The notes beneath the pieces were generated by a model, which saw only the letters and a program-made list of their open reading frames with translations, did not search any database and had not been told where the DNA came from. Source: an uncultured Lachnospiraceae bacterium (GTDB lineage Bacteria; Bacillota; Clostridia; Lachnospirales; Lachnospiraceae). From it: a stretch of DNA of 61,767 bases. Shown here piece after piece: positions 19,229 to 28,153 of the stretch (position 1 is its first letter; every line of letters begins with the position of its first letter). The translations under genes and the position numbers were made by a program. The DNA is taken from contig CAZDPE010000003.1 of assembly GCA_964507235.1 (NCBI GenBank), forward strand, positions 1 to 61,767. Direction: 5' to 3'.

Positions 19229-19687
19229 ATGGATATTAAGTTGGAAATGATGATGATTATTTTAATAATTATGATATTGTTTGCACTGTTATGCGCACTG
19301 TTTTTTAAAGCGTTTCTGAAAAGACGCAGAGCGGCAGGGCAGATATTTGAGGATATGGAAGGCCATGAATTTGAATATTTCTGTGCGGATTTGTTGAGGA
19401 ATCACGGTTTTGATGAAGTGGAGGTTACAAAGGGAAGCGGTGATTACGGAATTGATATTCTGGCAGAGAAAGACGGCGTGACTTATGCCGTACAATGCAA
19501 GCGTTACGCTGCACCGGTAGGCGTGAGGGCGATTCAGGAGGCGTATGCGGGCAGAGATTATTATGACAGAATGGTAGGCGCTGTGATGACCAATCAATAT
19601 TTCACCACCCCGGCAGTAGAAGCTGCCAAAAAGCTGAAAATACTGCTTTGGGATGGCGGATATATTGAAAGTATGATGGAGGAATAG
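19229..19687 (+). CDS. Mrr_cat-type restriction endonuclease with N-terminal transmembrane anchor
   Basis: Hydrophobic N-terminal helix and KRRR, then GHEFE..., GSGDYGIDIL, AVQCKRY and MTNQYFT, i.e. a PD-(D/E)xK Mrr variant. Confidence 0.82.
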   Translation: MDIKLEMMMIILIIMILFALLCALFFKAFLKRRRAAGQIFEDMEGHEFEYFCADLLRNHGFDEVEVTKGSGDYGIDILAEKDGVTYAVQCKRYAAPVGVRAIQEAYAGRDYYDRMVGAVMTNQYFTTPAVEAAKKLKILLWDGGYIESMMEE

Positions 19688-19695
19688 AACTTTCC

Positions 19696-21516
19696 TTACG
19701 AAGCGTTCAGTTTGTTGTTTAATCCTGTAAAGTCAGAAGGTCCTGTTTCCAAAATGAATTTATGAAATCGGTATAGGGAAAATTCATCGCCCCAAAGAGC
19801 TTTTGCCTGTGTCTTAAGCAGTTCTATTTCCATATATCCCAGATAATATTTTAAATAATTAACGGGTTCTTCTACAATATATTCATAAACAGCTTTAGAG
19901 GAAGCTGTGTCTGTTATTCCGATACTCTGTAGTATTTCCTGAACCTGAGAGAAGGCGGCGCCGTCATAATGAATGGCAATATCCAGTAAAGAATACAGGC
20001 ATAAGTGGATATTGCGGTTCAGGCGGCAGGCCTCATAGTAGGAAGCTGCATAAGGATTTGCTTTTACTTGTTCCTGAGCATAAAAATAGGAAAGATTTTC
20101 CACATATAATGCCCAGCCTTCCACATAGCCGCCGTAATGGAGAAGATAGCGGATACAGGAACTGTCGTTTTGCTTTAAATATAATTGACTGTAAACCGTC
20201 TGGTACAGATGACCGGGATAGCCTTCGTGGGCCAGTGTAGTATAAAGAGTCAGGCTGTCAGGTTTGTTTTTGCCGTTGATATATATAATATTGCTGCTCA
20301 TATCATCTATGGGCGGTGTAAGATAATAAGCCGGGCTGCAGTAATCTTCCATAGAAGGAGAAACGCTTTTTACAGTGACGGAAGTTGTAAAGTCGCTGCC
20401 GGTTACGGGAAAGGCGGGAAAATCGTCCGCCATTTGGTATTGTAAATCCGTCAGCATATCCGCAGGGGTACTTACAGGTAAATCATAAGAGGAAGCAAGG
20501 GCAGTGTCTGCTATCTCCGGATAACTGGAAATAAGAGTCAGCATGGCATTATAATTGTTCTGAAAGTCTTCGTACAGCAGCCGTTTAATTTCGGATACAG
20601 GACGGTCGCTTCCTGTGGTGGATGAGAGCAGATATTCATAGTAATCTCTGCCCTGCGGAAAATAATAAAGGCCCTGCTTGTTTTTCCCTGTATTTTCCAG
20701 AAGGGTAAAAGTATCCGCTGCCAGCTCATAAGCCGGCTGAACGACAGTAGTCAGCAGTCTGTCGTTTTCGGAAATATACTGGTTTGCTTCCTCCGCAGTA
20801 ATCAGACCGTTTTCTGTTAAGGCTGATATTCGTTCTTCAAAGGTGGTATGAAGAAAATGCGTTCCTTCTGCCAGCTGTTTTTTATCCATAATCGAGTCGC
20901 ATTGTTCAATAACCCTGGCTGCGGAGTAATCCGCCATAAACAGTCCGGCGTCAGATTTTTCCGTTTCATAAAGTAAAAGACCTTCAAAATATTCGTCTGT
21001 CTGATCCAGAATAGAGAGATAATCCTCGATATCCTGTTTCCTGCGGAAGGTATAATCTGCAAGAAGGATGGGAAGTCCTGACTGAATGCCGGAGTTCGCA
21101 GAAAAGGGTTCAGCATAATAGTCAAATTCCGTACCTGACAGCCTTCGGATTAAATAGCGGTTTAATAGGTCATAAGTATAGGAATCTGATTCACTAAGCA
21201 AATTTCTGGATATATGGGACAAAGAAGAGAGCATTTTCAGAATTTGAGCCTTATCATCGGAAGCGGCTTCTTTGCCTGTATAACAGGGAAGCGCGGCCTT
21301 TTCATCCAGGCTGTAATTCTCGGGATATGCAAGGGTATAGTGAAGGCTTAAGGTATCGCCGGAGAGTTCGGATATAAATAGATTTTTGGCAAATATCCTG
21401 AATCGGATTTTATCACCGATAAAAAAATAAATGGAGAAAAGAGCGGCAAGTAAAAGAATGATAAGGGCCGGATAGATATACCATTGTTTAATATTTATTT
21501 TCTGTTTATTCTGCAC
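19696..21516 (-). CDS. DUF885-domain protein (putative metallopeptidase-like, N-terminal anchor)
   Basis: TLAHEGYPGHLYQ, GYVEGWALYVE and YLKYYLGY motifs. Probable GTG start at 21516 with a GAGG RBS; the ORF track extends to 21627. Confidence 0.82.
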   Translation of the reverse strand: MQNKQKINIKQWYIYPALIILLLAALFSIYFFIGDKIRFRIFAKNLFISELSGDTLSLHYTLAYPENYSLDEKAALPCYTGKEAASDDKAQILKMLSSLSHISRNLLSESDSYTYDLLNRYLIRRLSGTEFDYYAEPFSANSGIQSGLPILLADYTFRRKQDIEDYLSILDQTDEYFEGLLLYETEKSDAGLFMADYSAARVIEQCDSIMDKKQLAEGTHFLHTTFEERISALTENGLITAEEANQYISENDRLLTTVVQPAYELAADTFTLLENTGKNKQGLYYFPQGRDYYEYLLSSTTGSDRPVSEIKRLLYEDFQNNYNAMLTLISSYPEIADTALASSYDLPVSTPADMLTDLQYQMADDFPAFPVTGSDFTTSVTVKSVSPSMEDYCSPAYYLTPPIDDMSSNIIYINGKNKPDSLTLYTTLAHEGYPGHLYQTVYSQLYLKQNDSSCIRYLLHYGGYVEGWALYVENLSYFYAQEQVKANPYAASYYEACRLNRNIHLCLYSLLDIAIHYDGAAFSQVQEILQSIGITDTASSKAVYEYIVEEPVNYLKYYLGYMEIELLKTQAKALWGDEFSLYRFHKFILETGPSDFTGLNNKLNAS

Positions 21517-21804
21517 GAAGAAAACCTCGGAGTATGCTTTCATTTGATTATATGAAGCAAAATCGCTGAAAAGTACTGTAATATCAAAGAGCAGTCGTAA
21601 AGAGCAATTCATGCAGGAAATGAGCAATAATTGAAAAGTAATTAGCAGAATTCTGATATAGACGCTTATTTGAAAATATGCTAATATATTGAAAGGAATT
21701 TTACAATCTAAGGTATTTCCACAAAAAATTTATATGAAATGTATTTTTATTCATGACAATGGAAAGTCAGCAAACAGTCTTTCCTTGTTGGAACGGAGGT
21801 AATC

Positions 21805-22647
21805 ATGAATAATCTGGAGCTCAGAAAAGCTGCCAATGAGGTGCGCAAGGGTATCGTAACGGCAGTACACAGTGCAAAGGCAGGTCATCCCGGCGGTTCC
21901 CTGTCAGCAGCAGATATCTATACATATCTGTATTTTGAAGAAATGAATATTGATCCGGCAAATCCCAAAATGGAAAACAGGGATCGTTTTGTATTGTCCA
22001 AGGGACATACTGCTCCCGGCCTATATTCTACTCTGGCCAACAGAGGATATTTTCCGGTAGAGGATTTGACAACGCTTCGTAAGCTTGGTTCTTACCTGCA
22101 GGGACATCCCAGCATGCAGTACATTCCCGGTGTTGATATGTCAAGCGGCTCCCTGGGACAGGGCATCTCGGCAGCGGTTGGTATGGCGCTTGCTGCCAGG
22201 ATGGATAATAAGGATATCAGGGTCTATACACTTCTTGGAGATGGTGAGCTTGAAGAAGGCCAGGTATGGGAAGCATCCATGTTTGCAGGACACCGCAAGC
22301 TTGATAATCTTGTTGTGATTGTGGATAATAACGGTTTACAGATAGACGGGCCGATTTCTGATGTATGTTCTCCGTATCCTATTGATAAGAAATTTGAAGC
22401 TTTTAATTTCCATGTAATTAATGTGGATGCTCATGATTTTGATGCAATTCGTGCAGCTTTCAAAGAAGCACGTGAAACGAAGGGAATGCCTACAGCCATT
22501 ATTGCCCACAGCTTAAAGGGTAAGGGTGTGTCCTTTATGGAAGGAAGCGTTGACTGGCACGGAAAGGCGCCTAATGATGAACAATATGCAGTAGCGATGG
22601 CGGATCTTGAAAAAATCAGTGAAGAATTAAGCAAGGAGGAAGCATAA
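21805..22647 (+). CDS. Transketolase, N-terminal (TPP-binding) subunit
   Basis: GHPGGSLS, RDRFVLSKGH, GSLGQG, GDGELEEG. Confidence 0.93.
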   Translation: MNNLELRKAANEVRKGIVTAVHSAKAGHPGGSLSAADIYTYLYFEEMNIDPANPKMENRDRFVLSKGHTAPGLYSTLANRGYFPVEDLTTLRKLGSYLQGHPSMQYIPGVDMSSGSLGQGISAAVGMALAARMDNKDIRVYTLLGDGELEEGQVWEASMFAGHRKLDNLVVIVDNNGLQIDGPISDVCSPYPIDKKFEAFNFHVINVDAHDFDAIRAAFKEARETKGMPTAIIAHSLKGKGVSFMEGSVDWHGKAPNDEQYAVAMADLEKISEELSKEEA

Positions 22648-23588
22648 TGGCAGATGTAAAGAAAATTGCAACCAGAGAAAGCTATGGTAATGCGCTTGTA
22701 GAGCTGGGGGCAGAATATCCGAATCTTGTAGTATTAGATGCTGACCTTGCAGCAGCAACCAAAACAGGCGTATTTAAGAAGGCATATCCCGACAGGCATA
22801 TTGACTGCGGTATTGCAGAGTGCAATATGGTAGGTATTGCAGCAGGCTTATCCACCATGGGGAAAATTCCTTTTGTCAGCAGTTTTGCCATGTTTGCAGC
22901 AGGAAGAGCTTTTGAACAGGTCAGAAATTCCGTAGGATATCCTCACCTGAATGTAAAAATCGGGGCTACCCATGCAGGAATTACCGTAGGTGAAGACGGC
23001 GCTTCCCATCAGTGCAATGAAGATATTGCATTGATGAGAACTATTCCCGGAATGGTAGTTATGTGTCCTGCCGATGATGTGGAAGCAAAGGCAGCAGTCA
23101 GGGCGGCAGTAGAGCATGAAGGACCTGTGTATATCAGATTCGGCCGTGCAGCATGTCCTGTTATCAATGATAAACCCGACTATAAATTTGAAATCGGTAA
23201 GGGCACTGTAGTAAGAGAAGGAACTGATGTTACAATTGCAGCTACCGGTATCTGTGTCGGCAGTGCGCTTGAAGCAGCTGACCTGCTTGCGGCAGAGGGT
23301 ATCAGTGCAGAAGTTATTAATATTTGTACCATTAAGCCTTTGGATGAAGAAATTATCATTAATTCAGCAAAGAAAACAGGTAAAGTGGTAACTGCTGAAG
23401 AGCATTCGGTTATCGGCGGTCTTGGAAGTGCTGTTTGTGATGCGCTCTGCAAGTCATGCCCCGTTCCCGTTAAAAAAATAGGAATGCAGGATGTATTTGG
23501 AGAATCAGGTTCGGCAGCGGCTTTAGTTGAGAAATATAAACTGGACGGCAAAGGAATTTACGAACAGATTAAGGATTTTTTGAAATAA
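22647..23588 (+). CDS. Transketolase, C-terminal subunit
   Basis: GIAECNMVG, GEDGASHQ, EEHSVIGGLG. TAATG coupling with its own AAGGAGG RBS. Confidence 0.93.
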   Translation: MADVKKIATRESYGNALVELGAEYPNLVVLDADLAAATKTGVFKKAYPDRHIDCGIAECNMVGIAAGLSTMGKIPFVSSFAMFAAGRAFEQVRNSVGYPHLNVKIGATHAGITVGEDGASHQCNEDIALMRTIPGMVVMCPADDVEAKAAVRAAVEHEGPVYIRFGRAACPVINDKPDYKFEIGKGTVVREGTDVTIAATGICVGSALEAADLLAAEGISAEVINICTIKPLDEEIIINSAKKTGKVVTAEEHSVIGGLGSAVCDALCKSCPVPVKKIGMQDVFGESGSAAALVEKYKLDGKGIYEQIKDFLK

Positions 23589-23626
23589 ACAATAAATAAA
23601 AAATAGTTTTAGATATGGAGATAGAT

Positions 23627-24298
23627 ATGTACATTTTAGCGCCATCCCTTCTTGCAGCGGATTTCAGTATATTAGGACAACAAATAAAAGAAACAGAAAA
23701 GCAGGGCGCAGAGTATCTTCATATCGATGTTATGGATGGGGTATTTGTTCCAAGCATTTCATTCGGAATGCCCTTAATCAAATCAATCAAAGAGGTAAGC
23801 AGTCAGTTTTTTGATGTACATTTGATGATCGTAGACCCCATACGTTATATTAAAGATTTTGCGGAATGTGGTGCCGATGGCATCACATTCCATTTGGAAG
23901 CGGCTGAAAATGCAGATGCTGTTATTGATAAGATTCATGAATCCGGTCTGCAAGCGGGAATTTCCATTAAGCCCGGCACATCTGTGGAAGCAGTTTATCC
24001 CTACCTTACAAAGGTTGAAATGGTTTTAATCATGAGCGTGGAGCCCGGCTTTGGCGGGCAAACCTTTATGCCGGAGGCTTATGAAAGAATCAGGCAGCTC
24101 AGAAAGCATATTGATGAAAACAGGCTGCCGGTTAAAATAGAAGTAGACGGCGGCGTCGGAAAGAAAAATGTAAGGGAAGTTATTGCAGCGGGAACCGATA
24201 TTTGTGTTGCAGGATCTGCTGTATTTAAGAAACGCAGTATCAGTGAGAATATTTCTTACTTTATGGAAGCGTTTCAGGAATATAATAAAGGGAGATGA
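23627..24298 (+). CDS. rpe: Ribulose-phosphate 3-epimerase
   Basis: APSLLAADF, HIDVMDG, DVHLM, MSVEPGFGGQ, EVDGG. Confidence 0.95.
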   Translation: MYILAPSLLAADFSILGQQIKETEKQGAEYLHIDVMDGVFVPSISFGMPLIKSIKEVSSQFFDVHLMIVDPIRYIKDFAECGADGITFHLEAAENADAVIDKIHESGLQAGISIKPGTSVEAVYPYLTKVEMVLIMSVEPGFGGQTFMPEAYERIRQLRKHIDENRLPVKIEVDGGVGKKNVREVIAAGTDICVAGSAVFKKRSISENISYFMEAFQEYNKGR

Positions 24299-24300
24299 AG

Positions 24301-24337
24301 AAAATTCTAAGGCACATTGTGTGTCTGGGATTTTTTC
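24301..24337 (+). terminator. Putative intrinsic terminator after rpe
   Basis: aaaattctaaggcaca-ttg-tgtgtctgggatttt, an imperfect stem with a T tract. Confidence 0.5.
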
Positions 24338-24383
24338 TTTGTGAAAAAGAAAATATTACAATTCAAAATTATGGGAGAACAGA

Positions 24384-25256
24384 ATGGAAAAGTTAGGAAG
24401 AAATGATCATTGCTGGTGCGGCAGCGGGAAAAAATATAAAAACTGTCATATGGCAATGGATGAAAAGATTCATCATTATGAACTGGAAGGACACATTGTT
24501 CCCAGACATGATATGTTAAAAGACCGGGAACAGATAGAAGGAATTAAAGAAAGCAGTGTAATTAATATAGCTGTGCTTGATGAAGTGGCTAAAATGATTG
24601 GTCCCGGAGTGACTACGGAAGAAATTGATAAGCTGGTTTATGATGTGACTACAAGAATGGGAGGGATTCCGGCTCCCTTAAATTATGAAGGATTTCCGAA
24701 GAGCGTATGTACCTCCATCAATGAGGTAGTATGTCATGGTATTCCTTCGCCTGACAGGATACTGCAGGAGGGGGATATTGTAAACGTAGATGTTTCCACT
24801 ATATATAAAGGATATTTTTCTGATTCCTCCCGAATGTTCTGCATCGGTGAAGTGAGTGAGGAAAAAAAGAAGCTGGTCCAGGTGACAAAGGAATGTGTCG
24901 AATTAGGACTCGAACAGGTAAAGCCCTGGAATTTTCTCGGAGATATGGCCCAGGTCATCAATGACCATGCGAAAGCAAACGGATACAGTGTCGTGGTGGA
25001 TATCGGAGGTCACGGTGTGGGGCTTGAGTTCCATGAAGAGCCTTTTGTCAGTTATGTAACGAAGGCCGGGACGGAGATGCTGATGGTACCGGGTATGGTG
25101 TTTACAATAGAACCTATGGTTAATATGGGAACTTCGGAAATTTATATTGATGATGAGGATGGATGGACAGTTTATACCGCAGACGGAAAACCTTCGGCGC
25201 AATGGGAAATAACGGTTGCCGTTACGGAAGACGGATATGAGGTTTTGACCTATTAA
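24384..25256 (+). CDS. map: Type I methionine aminopeptidase with N-terminal SEC-C zinc motif
   Basis: GRNDHCWCGSGKKYKNCH, CTSINEVVCHGIP, GHGVG..FHE, FTIEPM. Confidence 0.93.
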   Translation: MEKLGRNDHCWCGSGKKYKNCHMAMDEKIHHYELEGHIVPRHDMLKDREQIEGIKESSVINIAVLDEVAKMIGPGVTTEEIDKLVYDVTTRMGGIPAPLNYEGFPKSVCTSINEVVCHGIPSPDRILQEGDIVNVDVSTIYKGYFSDSSRMFCIGEVSEEKKKLVQVTKECVELGLEQVKPWNFLGDMAQVINDHAKANGYSVVVDIGGHGVGLEFHEEPFVSYVTKAGTEMLMVPGMVFTIEPMVNMGTSEIYIDDEDGWTVYTADGKPSAQWEITVAVTEDGYEVLTY

Positions 25257-25282
25257 GAGGAAGGATACGGATTGAGAGAAAG

Positions 25283-25813
25283 ATGAATCGGATTGGTATG
25301 AAGGTTTTACCTGTTGTTTTGCTGATATGGCCTTATTTGTTTATAGCTGTTCTCATGGCAGGAAGTGCGAATGAAGCTTTATATTCAAAATTAATCTGGG
25401 GATATATTGCCATGACAGTTGTTGTTTATGTCATGAATATTGTGAATGCCTGTTTGTATAAAGGAAATAATGCCTGTTATGAGCTTGCTTTCTTTAATAT
25501 GATAATCAAGCTTTTGCAGATTCCGTTTTATCTGGTTGTATTTTTGTCAGGAGCGGCAATGTTTTTGGCGATGGTCGTTCCTGCGCTGATATTCATAAGC
25601 CCGGTTATTATATTTATATTATTTGTAATTGATTTGCTGCTATTGATAACAACATCTATGTATGGAGTAAACGCTTTGGTCCGCGCGGGGAAGCAGGGCA
25701 TAATGTCGAAAAAATCTGCGCTGGTGCATGGGATTCTGCATTTCTTTTTTGTGGCAGATGTTATCAGCTCTGTTTGGGTGTTTGTGAAGGTGAGGAAAGG
25801 GAAGCTTTCATGA
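25283..25813 (+). CDS. Hypothetical multi-pass membrane protein
   Basis: 176 aa with about 5 hydrophobic segments and no recognised motif. Confidence 0.7.
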   Translation: MNRIGMKVLPVVLLIWPYLFIAVLMAGSANEALYSKLIWGYIAMTVVVYVMNIVNACLYKGNNACYELAFFNMIIKLLQIPFYLVVFLSGAAMFLAMVVPALIFISPVIIFILFVIDLLLLITTSMYGVNALVRAGKQGIMSKKSALVHGILHFFFVADVISSVWVFVKVRKGKLS

Positions 25814-25839
25814 TAACAGGATTTCTGTCAAAAACCTAC

Positions 25840-25869
25840 TTGCCAATAAAGAACTTCTCATGTTACTAT
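25840..25869 (+). promoter_or_regulatory. Sigma-A promoter for the riboswitch-pur operon
   Basis: TTGCCA-18 bp-TACTAT with TG extended -10, just upstream of the aptamer. Confidence 0.55.
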
Positions 25870-25878
25870 GATTGAAGA

Positions 25879-25970
25879 AAAGGCTGCGCAACTGGCGGAA
25901 GACGGGAAGACTGTTGTGAGAGTACTCACAGGGAGCGCGGTTTTGATAAGAATGCCGACCGCCTGGGCGA
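25879..25970 (+). ncRNA. ZMP/ZTP (pfl) riboswitch
   Basis: P1 aaggctgcgc/gcgcggtttt, conserved ACTGGCGGAA, P2 tgtgag/ctcaca, GGGAG, and P3 GCCGACCGCCTGGGC with a GGCG/CGCC pseudoknot. Lies upstream of AICAR-metabolising genes. Confidence 0.9.
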
Positions 25971-26002
25971 CCACTTTTTCAAGTGCCGCTCAGGCGGTTT
26001 TT
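25957..26002 (+). terminator. Riboswitch expression-platform terminator
   Basis: gaccgcctgggcg pairs with cgctcaggcggtt, followed by T's. It is mutually exclusive with P3 and the pseudoknot. Confidence 0.8.
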
Positions 26003-26044
26003 GATGTCAGTCTGGTACAAAATTAATCAAAAGGAGAAAAGAAA

Positions 26045-26758
26045 ATGAAGATGTTGTCACTGGAAGAAGAATTGAAAAGCAATGCTTATCCCGGAAGAGG
26101 GATTATAATCGGAAAATCCGCTGACGGAAAGCATGCAGTTACAGCGTATTTTATTATGGGAAGAAGCTCCAACAGCAGAAACCGTGTTTTTGTGGAAGAA
26201 GGACAAGGCATCAGAACCCAGGCCTTTGACCCATCCAGGTTAGAAGACCCCAGCCTTATTATTTATGCTCCGGTGAGGGTTCTGGGCAATAAAACTATTG
26301 TAACGAATGGTGACCAGACGGATACTATTTATGAAGGAATGGATAAGCAGCTGACCTTTGAACAATCCTTAAGAAGCAGGGAGTTTGAGCCGGATGCCCC
26401 TAATTATACGCCCCGTATTTCCGGCATTATGCATTTGGAAAACGGAAGCTATAATTATGCTATGTCCATCTTAAAGAGTAATAACGGCAGTCCTGACAGC
26501 TGCCACAGATATACTTTTGCCTATGAAAATCCCACAGCAGGAGAAGGACATTTTATCCATACTTATATGCATGACGGAAATCCGCTTCCCAGCTTTGAAG
26601 GGGAACCTAAGCTGGCAGCAATCCCGAATGAAATGGATGCTTTTACAGATATGCTTTGGGAGAGCCTTAATGAAGAAAATAAGGTTTCACTGTTTGTAAG
26701 GTATATTGATATTGCAACGGGTGAATACCGCAGCAGGATAGTTAATAAAAATAATTAG
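26045..26758 (+). CDS. IMP cyclohydrolase (PurO-like)
   Basis: YPGRGII, YFIMGRSSNSRNR, IVTNGDQTD, EPDAPNYTPRISG. Confidence 0.88.
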   Translation: MKMLSLEEELKSNAYPGRGIIIGKSADGKHAVTAYFIMGRSSNSRNRVFVEEGQGIRTQAFDPSRLEDPSLIIYAPVRVLGNKTIVTNGDQTDTIYEGMDKQLTFEQSLRSREFEPDAPNYTPRISGIMHLENGSYNYAMSILKSNNGSPDSCHRYTFAYENPTAGEGHFIHTYMHDGNPLPSFEGEPKLAAIPNEMDAFTDMLWESLNEENKVSLFVRYIDIATGEYRSRIVNKNN

Positions 26759-26772
26759 AAGGAGTCTTAAGT

Positions 26773-27951
26773 ATGAATGAAATAGAATTGAAATATGGAT
26801 GTAACCCGAATCAGAAGCCTTCCAGAATCTTTATGGAGGATGGAAGCGACCTCCCCGTTGCTGTGCTGAACGGTAAGCCGGGATATATTAATTTTCTGGA
26901 TGCCTTTAACGGATGGCAGCTTGTGAAGGAGTTGAAGAAAGCAACAGGTCTTCCGGCAGCCGCTTCCTTTAAGCATGTATCCCCTGCAGGCGCCGCAGTA
27001 GGACTTCCGCTGTCGGAAACGCTGGCTAAGATTTACTGGGTGGATGACCTTGGCGAATTATCACCCCTTGCCTGCGCTTATGCAAGGGCAAGAGGTGCGG
27101 ACAGAATGAGTTCCTTTGGTGATTTTATTGCATTATCCGATGTATGTGATGTGGATACTGCCCGTCTGATTAAAAGAGAGGTTTCAGACGGCGTGATTGC
27201 GCCAGGGTATACGCAGGAAGCTCTGGAGCTTTTAAAAGCAAAGAAAAAGGGCGCTTATAATATTATTCAAATTGATGAAGCCTATGTACCTGCACCTGTT
27301 GAAAAGAAACAGGTATATGGAATTACCTTTGAACAGGGCAGAAACGAATTGGATATTGACGGGGATTTATTGTCAAATGTTGTAACGAAAAATAAGGAAA
27401 TTCCCGAAAGTGCGTTAATCGACATGAAGATTGCACTGATTACCTTGAAGTACACCCAGTCTAACTCTGTGTGCTATGTAAAGGACGGACAGGCGATCGG
27501 AATCGGAGCAGGACAGCAGTCAAGAGTACACTGCACGAGGCTGGCAGGGCAGAAAGCGGATAACTGGTTCCTTCGCCAGTCGCCTCAGGTGCTGGGCCTT
27601 CAGTTCGTGGATAGTCTTGGAAGGGCAGACAGGGATAATGCCATTGATAATTATATCGGCGAAGAATATATGGATGTGCTTGCCGAAGGAGCATGGCAGA
27701 GAGTATTTAAAGAAAAACCCCCTGTGTTCACAAGAGAGGAAAAGAGAGCATGGCTTGATAAAATGCAGGATGTAACCCTTGGCTCAGATGCTTTCTTCCC
27801 CTTCTCGGATAATGTGGAGCGCGCGCATAAGAGCGGCGTAAAATATATTGCTCAGCCCGGCGGCTCCGTAAGGGATGACCTGGTTATTGAATGCTGCGAT
27901 AAGTATGATATGGCAATGGCGTTTACCGGAATCAGACTTTTTCATCATTAA
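26773..27951 (+). CDS. purH: AICAR formyltransferase (PurH transformylase domain only)
   Basis: LKYGCNPNQ, SFKHVSPAG, GAGQQSRVHC, SDAFFPF, QPGGSVRD, RLFHH. It lacks the N-terminal MGS-like cyclohydrolase domain. Confidence 0.9.
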   Translation: MNEIELKYGCNPNQKPSRIFMEDGSDLPVAVLNGKPGYINFLDAFNGWQLVKELKKATGLPAAASFKHVSPAGAAVGLPLSETLAKIYWVDDLGELSPLACAYARARGADRMSSFGDFIALSDVCDVDTARLIKREVSDGVIAPGYTQEALELLKAKKKGAYNIIQIDEAYVPAPVEKKQVYGITFEQGRNELDIDGDLLSNVVTKNKEIPESALIDMKIALITLKYTQSNSVCYVKDGQAIGIGAGQQSRVHCTRLAGQKADNWFLRQSPQVLGLQFVDSLGRADRDNAIDNYIGEEYMDVLAEGAWQRVFKEKPPVFTREEKRAWLDKMQDVTLGSDAFFPFSDNVERAHKSGVKYIAQPGGSVRDDLVIECCDKYDMAMAFTGIRLFHH

Positions 27952-28029
27952 GTATGTGATTTTCCTGCTTGCGTTTATGCCGGAATGCTTTAAAAATTCT
28001 GAAAATTTCGGTAAAGTAATTTGAAATGA

Positions 28030-28058
28030 TTGAGAAAAACTGAATATTCTGTTATACT
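28030..28058 (+). promoter_or_regulatory. Sigma-A promoter of the glycerol operon
   Basis: TTGAGA-17 bp-TATACT with TGn extension. Confidence 0.6.
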
Positions 28059-28070
28059 TATAGTAAATCA

Positions 28071-28110
28071 GACCATACAAAAAATGATTGGGGTAATTTT
28101 TTGTATGGTC
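28071..28110 (+). promoter_or_regulatory. 15-bp perfect inverted repeat in the glycerol operon leader
   Basis: GACCATACAAAAAAT-10 nt-ATTTTTTGTATGGTC immediately downstream of the promoter. Confidence 0.65.
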
Positions 28111-28153
28111 ATTTTGCTAAATGCATGAAAACGGCCGGGAAGGAAAAATAATT

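Noticed and set aside
21805-23588. Possible broken transketolase
   Set aside because: Two-subunit transketolases are normal in Clostridia, and the second gene has its own RBS and TAATG coupling.
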